This document shows, in pieces, positions 1 to 8,536 of a stretch of 20,672 nt of DNA. Source of the stretch: Armatimonadota bacterium (GTDB lineage: Bacteria; Armatimonadota; Hebobacteria; CAIYQO01); contig JBBRXO010000051.1 in assembly GCA_038248345.1 (NCBI GenBank), positions 1 through 20,672 of the forward strand, given 5' to 3'. Under the pieces are notes generated by a model. That model was not told where the DNA came from. It worked only from the letters and a program-made list of their open reading frames with translations, and searched no databases. A program made the position numbers and the translations under genes. The stretch's first letter is position 1. The number at the start of each line of letters is the position of its first letter.

Positions 1-1
1 C

Positions 2-1339
2 ACAGTGAGTGTGAAGTCCAATGTGGGTGGGCAGGTGTTAAAACTGAACGTTGATGAAGGTATGAAAGTAAAAGAGGGTGACGTCATCGCGTTAATTGAT
101 CCTTCCGATTCCCAAAGCGCTTACAGTCAGGCAGCAGCGGATATGGAATCGGCAAATGCCAAGATCAGGCAGGCACAACTACAGGCAAATGCACAGCCGG
201 TGTTGACCAATGTCAACAAAGAGCAGGCACAGCATAATCTGGAATCTGCGCAAGCGTCCCTGGATCAATTACTGAATGCAAACGTTCCACAACGAAGGGC
301 GGCAGCAAAGCAGTCACTTGAGCAGGCACAATCGAGCCTCCGTGTTGCAGAGGCCGAATATAATCGCCAAAGCGATCTGTTGAGCGACGGGTACACAGCG
401 CAAAAAACTGTTGATGTGGCGCGAGAGCAGGCAAAACAGGCGCAGGGACAAGTAAATAATGCCCAGAAGAAACAGGATACGCTTAATCAGGAGATCGATG
501 GAGATGTTGAAACGGCACAGAATCGAGTACGACAAGCGGAGGACTCGCTGAATCAAGCGAACGCAAATGGATATCAAGATCAAAACAGCAAGGATAACGT
601 AGTCACGGCAAAAGCTTCGGCAACACGAACGAAAGCTGCATTAGACAATGCAAAAACAAATTTGGCTTATTGTACTGTCCTCGCCCCGCGCGATGGTGTT
701 GTGATTAAGAAATATGTCGAAGAGGGCGGTATGGTTGCCGCCGGGCGCACTTCTGGTGGTTCCAGCGGGGCGGGTATCTCTATAGTAGATATCGCTGATA
801 TCTCGCATATGTATGCTACTGTTAATGTGGATGAGACGGATATCGCGAAGATAAAAATGGGGCAGCAAGTTGATGTAAGTGTCGATGCCTATCCAGCTGA
901 CAGCTTCTTCGGAACAGTTACCAAGATTGCTCCGCAGACGGTAGTGAATCAGAACGTCACCACCGTTCCGGTAACGGTGCAGGTGGACTCGGTAGACAAT
1001 CGTCTGCTAACGGGTATGAATGCCACTTGTAACTTCATCATTGAACAGAAGAAGAATGTCATCGCGGTACCGAATGAGTCATTGAAATCTAGTGGTGGTG
1101 ATATGACGGTGCAGATTCAGGATGGCGCTAATCTGGTGACAAAAAAGGTTGAAGTAGGTCTTACCGGGGACAGCACCACCGAAATTATAAGTGGTGTGAA
1201 TGAAGGTGAAAAGGTAGTCACCAGCATTTTTGATCCATCCAAAATGAAACCCGGAGCGGCGGCAGGTGCTGGGGCACCCACAGGTAGAGGTATCGGCGGT
1301 GGCGGGGGCATGCCTGGTGGTGGTCCTCCAGGACGGTAG
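2..1339 (+). CDS. Efflux periplasmic adaptor / membrane fusion protein (MacA/HlyD-like), 5'-truncated by window edge
   Basis: Lipoyl half-motifs (VKSNVGGQV..V.EG..VK.GD; APRDGVV), long Gln/Ala coiled-coil hairpin, beta-barrel part (VDETDI..IK.GQ), C-terminal G-x-x-E-G-E-x-V and Gly-rich tail. Frame is open from base 2 and it sits directly upstream of an ABC ATPase. Confidence 0.9.
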   Translation, partial: TVSVKSNVGGQVLKLNVDEGMKVKEGDVIALIDPSDSQSAYSQAAADMESANAKIRQAQLQANAQPVLTNVNKEQAQHNLESAQASLDQLLNANVPQRRAAAKQSLEQAQSSLRVAEAEYNRQSDLLSDGYTAQKTVDVAREQAKQAQGQVNNAQKKQDTLNQEIDGDVETAQNRVRQAEDSLNQANANGYQDQNSKDNVVTAKASATRTKAALDNAKTNLAYCTVLAPRDGVVIKKYVEEGGMVAAGRTSGGSSGAGISIVDIADISHMYATVNVDETDIAKIKMGQQVDVSVDAYPADSFFGTVTKIAPQTVVNQNVTTVPVTVQVDSVDNRLLTGMNATCNFIIEQKKNVIAVPNESLKSSGGDMTVQIQDGANLVTKKVEVGLTGDSTTEIISGVNEGEKVVTSIFDPSKMKPGAAAGAGAPTGRGIGGGGGMPGGGPPGR

Positions 1340-1367
1340 GAGTAATATCCAGGAGAAGGAGAAGTAA

Positions 1368-2102
1368 ATGATTACTGTAAAGGATATACGAAAGACATAC
1401 CAGATGGGTGATTTTGCCGTGTTTGCACTGCGAGGGATAAACTTGAGAATCGCTGCGGGTGAGTTCGTGGCAATCATGGGGCCTTCTGGATCGGGCAAGT
1501 CGACATTTATGCACATTCTCGGTTGTCTGGATCGGCCCACGTCGGGGTCATATCTGTTGGATGGCACCGAGGTGGCAGGGATGAGCAAGGATGAGTTGGC
1601 CTATGTACGTAACCAGAAGATAGGTTTTGTCTTTCAGGGGTTTAACTTGATTCCGCGTCGCCCGGCTTTTCGCCAGGTGATGCTGCCAATGATGTACAAC
1701 CCGCATTCGGAGAATAGTGAAGCACGCGCGATTGCAGCGTTGGGACGGGTGGGGCTGGAAGACCGAATCCACCATAAACCGAACGAACTCTCCGGCGGGC
1801 AGCAACAGCGTGTGGCAATTGCTCGCGCGTTGGTTAATGACCCGCCGATAATCATGGGCGATGAGCCGACCGGTAACCTGGATACCCGTTCCTCGGAAGA
1901 GATCATGGGGATCTTCCAGGATCTGCATAATGAGGGAAAAACCGTGATCATCGTCACCCATGAAGAAGATATCGCCCATCATGCGCAACGGATCATCCGC
2001 TTCAAGGATGGACACGTTATCTCCGACAGCATGGTAGAAAACCGGGTAGATGCGCATCAAGCGTTGAAGAATATACCGCTGGAAAATGAGGAAGAGATAT
2101 GA
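1368..2102 (+). CDS. ABC transporter ATP-binding protein (MacB/LolD-type)
   Basis: Walker A GPSGSGKS, Q-loop GFVFQGFNL, signature LSGGQQQRVAIARAL, Walker B/D-loop IMGDEPTGNLD, H-loop VTHE. SD AAGGAG upstream. Confidence 0.95.
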   Translation: MITVKDIRKTYQMGDFAVFALRGINLRIAAGEFVAIMGPSGSGKSTFMHILGCLDRPTSGSYLLDGTEVAGMSKDELAYVRNQKIGFVFQGFNLIPRRPAFRQVMLPMMYNPHSENSEARAIAALGRVGLEDRIHHKPNELSGGQQQRVAIARALVNDPPIIMGDEPTGNLDTRSSEEIMGIFQDLHNEGKTVIIVTHEEDIAHHAQRIIRFKDGHVISDSMVENRVDAHQALKNIPLENEEEI

Positions 2103-3316
2103 ATTTATGGGAAAGTGTAGGGGTAGCCTTTGAAGGCATAGCATCGAATAAAGTCCGCGCCTTCCTTACCATGCTCGGGGTGATTATCGGAGTAGGCGCC
2201 GTTATTGTAATCTTCGCGATCACACAGGGCGCGCGGCAACAGACATTAAAGCAAATACAGATGATGGGATCAAATGTACTGTTTATCATGTCGGGCCAGC
2301 AGCGTGGCGGTGGTGGTGTGCAATTGGGTTCTGGTAGTAGCCAGTCGTTGACCCTGGAAGATTGCGACTTGATCGCGAAGAACTGTCCATCAGTACTGAA
2401 TGTTGCACCACAAGTGCAACAGAATTACCAAATAAAGTACACCAATAAGAATACAAACACCAGTGTCACCGGCGTGACACCGGAATTTCTGGATGTACGT
2501 AATTATTCTGTTGCGAGAGGTGACTTCTTTACCGATTCTGACTTGAAAATGCGCAAGACAGTTGCCGCTATTGGTCCTACTACGGCGGCTAATCTATTTG
2601 GCGACATTGACCCAGTAGGCAAGGAAATATCAATCCGTGGTATACAGTTTACTATCATTGGCCTGATGACTGAGAAAGGATCGGCGGGGGGCTTTGGCGA
2701 TCCGGACGATGCTATTTATGTGCCAATAACCACGGCAATGCGCCGCTTAATGGGTGTAACGAAAGTGCGACAGATCAGTGTGCAGGCAGCGTCATTAGAT
2801 GTGATGAATCAGGCGATCAGTGAAATTGATACTGTTTTTGCCAAAGATCACGTAGATGCAAACGGCAACAAGAACTATACCATTCGCAATCAGGCAGATA
2901 TCATTGCTGCTGTGGGTAAACAAAATGATACACTGACGATGCTACTTGCCAGTACAGCAATTGTGTCGTTGTTAGTGGGCGGCATCGGCATTATGAATAT
3001 TATGCTGGTGTCGGTAACTGAACGTACACGTGAAATTGGTATCCGCATGGCAGTGGGAGCGCGTGGCATTGACATTTTACTACAATTTCTCGTTGAGGCA
3101 TTAGTGCTCTCGTTAATGGGTGGCATGATAGGTGTTCTGGTAGGAGCGGGGGTAAGCTGGCTATTCGCTTTCTTCTCTGGCTGGGCGTTACAGTTGGAGC
3201 CGATATCCATCATAATGTCCTTCGGTTTCGCCGCATTTGTTGGTTTGGTTTTCGGAGTATGGCCGGCGTTCAAGGCCGCTGCGCTTGATCCAATCGACGC
3301 ATTACGTTATGAATAA
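2099..3316 (+). CDS. ABC transporter permease (MacB/FtsX-type)
   Basis: RAFLTMLGVIIGV N-terminal TM, large periplasmic domain, GGIGIMNIMLVSVTERTREIGIRMAVGA motif, ends ALDPIDALRYE. ATGA overlap with the ATPase. Confidence 0.95.
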   Translation: MNLWESVGVAFEGIASNKVRAFLTMLGVIIGVGAVIVIFAITQGARQQTLKQIQMMGSNVLFIMSGQQRGGGGVQLGSGSSQSLTLEDCDLIAKNCPSVLNVAPQVQQNYQIKYTNKNTNTSVTGVTPEFLDVRNYSVARGDFFTDSDLKMRKTVAAIGPTTAANLFGDIDPVGKEISIRGIQFTIIGLMTEKGSAGGFGDPDDAIYVPITTAMRRLMGVTKVRQISVQAASLDVMNQAISEIDTVFAKDHVDANGNKNYTIRNQADIIAAVGKQNDTLTMLLASTAIVSLLVGGIGIMNIMLVSVTERTREIGIRMAVGARGIDILLQFLVEALVLSLMGGMIGVLVGAGVSWLFAFFSGWALQLEPISIIMSFGFAAFVGLVFGVWPAFKAAALDPIDALRYE

Positions 3317-3336
3317 ACTTCTATAGGAGTAAAACG

Positions 3337-4029
3337 ATGAAAAATAAAATGGTGATTGTGCTGTTGGGTGTAATAGCGCTGAGTGTTGGTTTGCTGGGTT
3401 GCGGTAAGACAACAGTTCCGACAGATGCTAATGCACCTAAGACGAATTCAGGCGGGTCTGCCACGGCTGCCGCACCGGGTGGTGGCCAATTTAATAGCGC
3501 TGCTTTTGAACAGTATCGAACAGACCACAAAAATGGTTTTGAAATGTCGGCGAAAGTGGGTAACATTGCCAAATTAGAGAAAGATGGTAAGGCTAAGCTG
3601 ACTGCTGTGCAGGCAAAAAAGATTCTCGAAGTACTGAAACCGTATCGTACCGTCCAGGACATTAATGAAGATGCTGCCAAGGACATCTACCGACAACTAT
3701 CAACATTACTTGATGGTGACCAGAATGCCGAGGTTGCTGCTCTCCCACAGCCAGGAAGCCGCGGTGCAGGCGGAGCAAAAGCAGGTGGTGGTGCCGGAGG
3801 AGCAACTGGTGGTGGCCAGGGAAGAACTCGTGGCGGCGGCCAGGGAGCGCCGGGTGCCGGTGGTGCGCAAGGCACCCCAGCTGCAGGTGGTAGCGGTGCC
3901 AATCGCCCGCCGATGGATCTGGAACATTTTAACCCCTTCTATGTAAAACCTGACGCACCGGCTGATGCTCCGCCCAATCGTTTTGATGAATTATTCAAGG
4001 GATTAGAGAGCAAAGCCAAGGGTGGCTAG
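3337..4029 (+). CDS. Hypothetical lipoprotein with Gly/Ala-rich low-complexity linker
   Basis: SD AGGAG; basic N-terminus, hydrophobic stretch and lipobox LLG-C; helical core (LTAVQAKKILEVL) and Gly-rich region. Starts 20 bp after the permease. Confidence 0.8.
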   Translation: MKNKMVIVLLGVIALSVGLLGCGKTTVPTDANAPKTNSGGSATAAAPGGGQFNSAAFEQYRTDHKNGFEMSAKVGNIAKLEKDGKAKLTAVQAKKILEVLKPYRTVQDINEDAAKDIYRQLSTLLDGDQNAEVAALPQPGSRGAGGAKAGGGAGGATGGGQGRTRGGGQGAPGAGGAQGTPAAGGSGANRPPMDLEHFNPFYVKPDAPADAPPNRFDELFKGLESKAKGG

Positions 4030-4053
4030 CCTAAACATGCAAACGTGATTCAT

Positions 4054-4096
4054 GGCCCGTATCCACGATATATATCGAGGATATGGGTCTGTTTGG
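4054..4096 (+). terminator. Putative intrinsic terminator ending the MacAB-lipoprotein operon
   Basis: Stem GGCCCGTATCC(A)CGAT / ATCG(A)GGATATGGGTC, followed by a weak T-rich tail TGTTTG. Confidence 0.45.
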
Positions 4097-4117
4097 TGTG
4101 TAAATGCCACATAGCGC

Positions 4118-4146
4118 TTGCCATAGCGTAATTTACGCGGTAGTAT
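4118..4146 (+). promoter_or_regulatory. Putative sigma70-type promoter for mlaF-mlaD
   Basis: TTGCCA (4118-4123), 17 bp spacer, TAGTAT (4141-4146). Confidence 0.55.
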
Positions 4147-4150
4147 AGGA

Positions 4151-4915
4151 ATGACAATGTCTACACCCATCGTACAAATGATTGACCTCACCTATGAAGT
4201 AGGTGGGCGCGTTATTCTTAATAAGATTTCGCTGGAGATAAACGCTGGCGAGGTTTTTGCCGTCATCGGATTATCTGGTACTGGCAAGACCACGCTATTG
4301 CGTCTTATTACCGGTTTGATTCGCCCAACCTCAGGCCAGTTGCTGGTGCTGGGTGAAGACATATCGCAGATGAAGGAACGCGAGCTCAATCGGGTTCGCG
4401 CTCACATCGGACTGGTGTTCCAGTTTGGTGCGCTGTTTGATTCGCTTTCGGTGCGCGAGAATGTCGGTTTTCGCTTATATGAGCAGACGAATTTGCCCGA
4501 TGCTGATATCCGAGAACAAGTGGCAGAGAAATTACACCAGGTAGGCATGAGTGGCTCGGAGGATTTGTTTCCTGCTGCACTTTCCGGCGGTATGCATAAG
4601 CGGGTAGGTATTGCCCGCGCGCTTATTGGGGAGCCAAAAATGCTGCTATACGATGAACCTACCAGCGGATTGGATCCGGTCATTGCGGCAAATATAGATG
4701 AGTTGATCTCGAAATTATGTCGAGAATTGAAAGTGACAGAGATTGTTGTGTCGCATGATGTGGTAAGTGTCTTGCGTATGGCGCACCGCATGGCGATGCT
4801 GTATGAAGGGCAAGTTCTGCTGGTGGGTACGCCAGCAGAGTTCCGGGCCAGCACTAATCCGGTAGTAAAACAGTTCCTGGAAGGTAACACTGACGGTCCT
4901 ATTCAGGTAGAGTAG
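4151..4915 (+). CDS. mlaF: MCE-system ABC ATPase (MlaF/Mkl/TGD3-like); alternative start at 4157
   Basis: GLSGTGKT, GLVFQFGALFDSLSV.ENV, LSGGMHKRVGIARAL, LYDEPTSGLDP, C-terminal NPVVKQFLEG..DGPI typical of MlaF. Adjacent to an MCE gene. Confidence 0.9.
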   Translation: MTMSTPIVQMIDLTYEVGGRVILNKISLEINAGEVFAVIGLSGTGKTTLLRLITGLIRPTSGQLLVLGEDISQMKERELNRVRAHIGLVFQFGALFDSLSVRENVGFRLYEQTNLPDADIREQVAEKLHQVGMSGSEDLFPAALSGGMHKRVGIARALIGEPKMLLYDEPTSGLDPVIAANIDELISKLCRELKVTEIVVSHDVVSVLRMAHRMAMLYEGQVLLVGTPAEFRASTNPVVKQFLEGNTDGPIQVE

Positions 4916-4927
4916 TGGAGATGAGCC

Positions 4928-6472
4928 ATGAGTAATACCTCAAATGAATTACGTGTAGGAATAATGTTTATTGTGGGCATTGTCCTGATTATCTTGCTGG
5001 TGATGAAGCTTTCACACTGGAATGAAAATCGCGGCGTTTACCTATTTACAATCCGCTATAAACAAGCGCAGGGACTGATACCCGGTGCTACTGTTCGCGT
5101 CTCTGGTGTTGACATTGGACGGGTGCAATCGGTAGGGTTGAATCCGGTAACTAACTATGCGGATGTGCGGGTAAGCGTGGGGAAAGGCGTTAAGCTCTAT
5201 AAGAGTTACCAGTACTCGATAAACAGTTCCGGCCTGGTGGGGGAGCGGTATATTGAAATCACCAAAACGGACAGACCGGGGAATCTGGTGGAGTCCGAAG
5301 ATGAGGTAGATGGCATAGCGCCCGCGGATTTGAATGACCTGATGGTGAATGCGAATCTACTGCTAACCAACCTGAACAAGACCGCAACCTCTTTTAATAA
5401 TATCGTTGGCGACGAGGCGATGATAAATGACTTAAAGGGTACTATGGCGAGTATGCATCAGACGATGGCACAATCCGCCGAGTTCACCCAGGCGCTTAAT
5501 GGATTCGTGCAAAGAAATGCCACGGTGATGGATTCGATAGTATACAGCATGTCCACTACGGCAAATGACATAAGTAGATTGAGCGCTGATATCACCCCGA
5601 AATTGATGAATTCCACCACTTTTCACAATCTGGAGTTAGCGTCAGAGAATGCGGCGTTACTGACACAACGGATGGCCTCTATCGCTGAAGCGGTAGATCA
5701 AACTGTGCATGATCCTGAAATGTCCGCATCTTTACATGCATCGGTACGGAGTATGCAAGCTTCGGCCTCCAGTCTGGATGCAATATTGTCAGATGCCCGC
5801 CAGGCTAGCGCATCATTGCCCCGCATTGCGGCAAATATGGAGCGTGCCAGTAATGATATCCCGGCAATTACCGGGCCCTTCCGTGATATTTCCCCGGAGG
5901 TAGCGGAAAATATCCGGCTGATCTCGACTAACCTGCGCAGCACCGGGGACAGCATCGGTAAAGTGGCCACTCGCCTGAGTGGAGTCGGCGGTGTCGGCCC
6001 GGATAGCATCAGAGTGTTACCTGAGATTCGTATGATGGGGTTGAATGATAGCACGCATATCTCTCGCTCTGACTTGAATGTTGATTTACGTGGGCCGAAG
6101 AATTTCTATCGTGTAGGGATAGCCGATGTCGGAAATTCAAATGCGTTCAATTTGCAGTTCGGGCAGAATTCATCGCCAAATCTCGATATTCGTTATGGGC
6201 TGGTCGAGGGTAAAATAGGCGGTGGTATAGATTATCGCCTGAATCCTGATACACAAATAACTGCCGATATCTTTGATCCTAATAAGACGCGCGTAAATGC
6301 CTTGTTGGATTATCGCCTGCGTCCGTTCGGAAATGATTGGTCATTATCCAGTGGCTTTTACGGCCTGCTCGATCACCCGGTTTTCAGCATGGGAATCACG
6401 TATCGACCGCGTAATGATGTAAAAGTAAAAGCTAATGGAGATATCTCGGAAGACGTCACTCCTCCACGCTAA
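4928..6472 (+). CDS. mlaD: Long MlaD/MCE-family protein (TM, MCE domain, helical stalk, C-terminal beta-rich domain)
   Basis: ELRVG N-terminal TM; MCE motifs AQGL.PGA.VRVSGV.IGRV and GLVGERYIEI; about 220 aa of heptad-like helix; C-terminal amphipathic strands (GGGIDYRL, FSMGITYR). Confidence 0.88.
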   Translation: MSNTSNELRVGIMFIVGIVLIILLVMKLSHWNENRGVYLFTIRYKQAQGLIPGATVRVSGVDIGRVQSVGLNPVTNYADVRVSVGKGVKLYKSYQYSINSSGLVGERYIEITKTDRPGNLVESEDEVDGIAPADLNDLMVNANLLLTNLNKTATSFNNIVGDEAMINDLKGTMASMHQTMAQSAEFTQALNGFVQRNATVMDSIVYSMSTTANDISRLSADITPKLMNSTTFHNLELASENAALLTQRMASIAEAVDQTVHDPEMSASLHASVRSMQASASSLDAILSDARQASASLPRIAANMERASNDIPAITGPFRDISPEVAENIRLISTNLRSTGDSIGKVATRLSGVGGVGPDSIRVLPEIRMMGLNDSTHISRSDLNVDLRGPKNFYRVGIADVGNSNAFNLQFGQNSSPNLDIRYGLVEGKIGGGIDYRLNPDTQITADIFDPNKTRVNALLDYRLRPFGNDWSLSSGFYGLLDHPVFSMGITYRPRNDVKVKANGDISEDVTPPR

Positions 6473-6498
6473 ATTTTATTGGCGGTAGGGTAGGGGAG

Positions 6499-7077
6499 TC
6501 AGGGCGTATCAATATTGTCGTCGCTATCCTTCTCTTTGTCCGGCGTCAGCGTGAAGGGATCAGCATTGAGATAAGTTTCGGCTTCCTTTTGATTAACAAC
6601 CTCGAGGTGTTCGTCGAGAAAAGAGATCACCAGGTGCGACATGTGGCGGTAGTCGGGACGGTCGTCTCGCTCATCGAAGGTGAGTGGAGCTTTTTCCGGC
6701 GCACCGATGTGGGCGATCCAGCGGTTATCCATCATCGGGTTAAAGCCGTAGTCGATAGTATCTACCGGCGTGCTGGCGGCGGGGCATTTGAAGTCTTTGG
6801 CGGTATATCCCTTCAGGCTGGCATTCCAGTTCGCCGCGTCCGGGAGTAAACCATCTTTATCGTAGATGCTGGTGACGAGATCGTGCGTTATCCGCTTCTG
6901 CTTCTCCACACAGATGCTGGCGGGCCGTGCCTGGCTGGCGTTGTAGACCGCGGGGGAAATGATCAGCGAAAGCATGAAAAGCAGGTAACCGAGGGTCACC
7001 AGCTCCAGCCAACCGAAGTTCCACGGCTTCTTCACGCGCTTTTCTTTTGGTTTTTCTGGTGTATTGTCTTTGGTCAT
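6499..7077 (-). CDS. Degenerate prepilin-like protein with H-X9-DG-like C-terminus (DUF1559-associated type)
   Basis: Basic leader, NFGWLEL resembling GFTLIEL, TM, then P..YNA..ARPASIC..KQKRI resembling PVFAxAREKARxxSCxSNxKQI. Also FKCP, YGFN and RHMSHLVISFLDEH (H-X9-D, with E in place of G). Confidence 0.65.
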   Translation of the reverse strand: MTKDNTPEKPKEKRVKKPWNFGWLELVTLGYLLFMLSLIISPAVYNASQARPASICVEKQKRITHDLVTSIYDKDGLLPDAANWNASLKGYTAKDFKCPAASTPVDTIDYGFNPMMDNRWIAHIGAPEKAPLTFDERDDRPDYRHMSHLVISFLDEHLEVVNQKEAETYLNADPFTLTPDKEKDSDDNIDTP

Positions 7078-7089
7078 ATTATCATCCCA

Positions 7090-7199
7090 CTACGCGCTAA
7101 AGCACGTGGCTATAAGATCAAGCACGCTGAAGCGCGCTACAAATCATTGAGCGCGCTTCAGCGTGCTTTCCGTTGTTAGCCACCTCGTTTACGGGGTGG
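7090..7199. repeat. Four-unit REP-like palindromic cluster
   Basis: Perfect 19-bp inverted repeat 7120-7138 / 7150-7168, each arm itself hairpin-like, flanked by two inverted 23-nt hairpin units at 7090-7112 and 7177-7199. Confidence 0.8.
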
Positions 7200-7207
7200 A
7201 TCATTTT

Positions 7208-8536
7208 CTACTCTTTCTCCTTCCCCACCGGGATATCCTTCCAGTTGTACTTTTTCCACAGCCACCAGATTAAGAGCAATGGCAGCAACCACACAGGTGA
7301 CCAGATGAGTAGCACCAGCAAGATGGCGCCCAGGCCGATGGCGAAGCTCTGCAGTCCGTGCAACGCTGTCATGGCGGTGGTGCCGATAGTTGCGGGCGGT
7401 TCTGGTTTATCCGGCGTGAAGAAACTCACGGTGACGGTGGCCAGCGTCACGCGCATCTTCGTGCGCAGTTCCTCAATTTTGGCGGCCAGCTCCTCGCGTT
7501 CCAGTTGGCGGCGTTGGTTCTCGATGTTCAGCTCATCGCCCGTTTTTTTGGCATTGTCAGCGATATCGCCCAGGCGGGTCTGCGCCTGCCCCAGTTGGTT
7601 CAGCTTCTCCAGTTGTTCAATCTGCGCGATGGTGACATCGTCGCCGGTGATGGTGCGTGTTTTGGGCACGCCCAGTTTATCCAGCTCCACCAGGAAGGTG
7701 GCCAGCTTGTCCGCCGTCACCCGCCCGGTAACCGAGGCAGTGGTGCCGTAGTCGGCACGGTTCAGATTGCTGCTTAGCACAAAGCCGCCGTTGTCGTTGA
7801 AGAGCATCTCCGCCTTCTCCACCGCGCTGGCCACGTGCTCCGTCTCCAGCGAAAGGTTGGCGGTGTAGGCGATCTGTATCTTATCCGTCAGCCCATAGCC
7901 GCTGGTAGGCGGTTTGATAGTCGGCGTCGTCGCCACATAGGTGTCCTGCGCCGGCTTGTCCTCTGCCTGCATACCCCCGACCGCGCTTTTCGATGTCGTG
8001 GCAGGAGCGGGTGATGCAGGAGCCAGCGAATCGCCTCTGGAGGCATCGGCCGCATTCCCTCCGCTCTCGGCTTTGGCCATTTCCTGGGCCATTTCGCGCT
8101 GTCGTTGTTCATTTCTAGCGCTTGTAAATACTGACTTCTCACGTGCTTTTGAGAACATGGGCATAATCATGCTAATTGCAACTATGCCGAGTACCCCAAT
8201 GGAAAGCCCCCAAGCCCATTTATTGGGTTTATGACTACTGGGCTTTTGTTTCGCTACAAACGGGTCCGGCATAGTTGCAGCCGGGGTGGTTTCTTCTATT
8301 TTCATGGTTTTAACCTCCTGCATTACCCGATTCAGAAAGGCAGGCGAGGCGGCGGTGGCGCGGAGGGTGGCGGTGGCATCCTGGGCGTCGATGCGATATA
8401 GTTCTGCTGTGGCGCGGCAGGCGTCGCAGGCGGCCAGGTGTTCCTCTACCGCACGGCGCTCTACTTCATTCAGCTCGTTATCCAGATATGCGGAGAGCCG
8501 CTCCGTCCAGTTATCGCATGGTGTCTTCTTCAGCAT
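7208..8536 (-). CDS. Membrane anti-sigma factor: zf-HC2 (ZAS) domain, TM/pilin-like segment, DUF4349 domain, C-terminal TM
   Basis: LSAYLDNEL...HLAACDAC (HxxxCxxC); DUF4349-like region (IAYTANLSLE..GGFV..LG......ITGDDVT). Start placed at ATG 8536 (SD GAAGGGGG, 7-bp overlap with sigma stop) rather than 8605. Confidence 0.85.
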   Translation of the reverse strand: MLKKTPCDNWTERLSAYLDNELNEVERRAVEEHLAACDACRATAELYRIDAQDATATLRATAASPAFLNRVMQEVKTMKIEETTPAATMPDPFVAKQKPSSHKPNKWAWGLSIGVLGIVAISMIMPMFSKAREKSVFTSARNEQRQREMAQEMAKAESGGNAADASRGDSLAPASPAPATTSKSAVGGMQAEDKPAQDTYVATTPTIKPPTSGYGLTDKIQIAYTANLSLETEHVASAVEKAEMLFNDNGGFVLSSNLNRADYGTTASVTGRVTADKLATFLVELDKLGVPKTRTITGDDVTIAQIEQLEKLNQLGQAQTRLGDIADNAKKTGDELNIENQRRQLEREELAAKIEELRTKMRVTLATVTVSFFTPDKPEPPATIGTTAMTALHGLQSFAIGLGAILLVLLIWSPVWLLPLLLIWWLWKKYNWKDIPVGKEKE

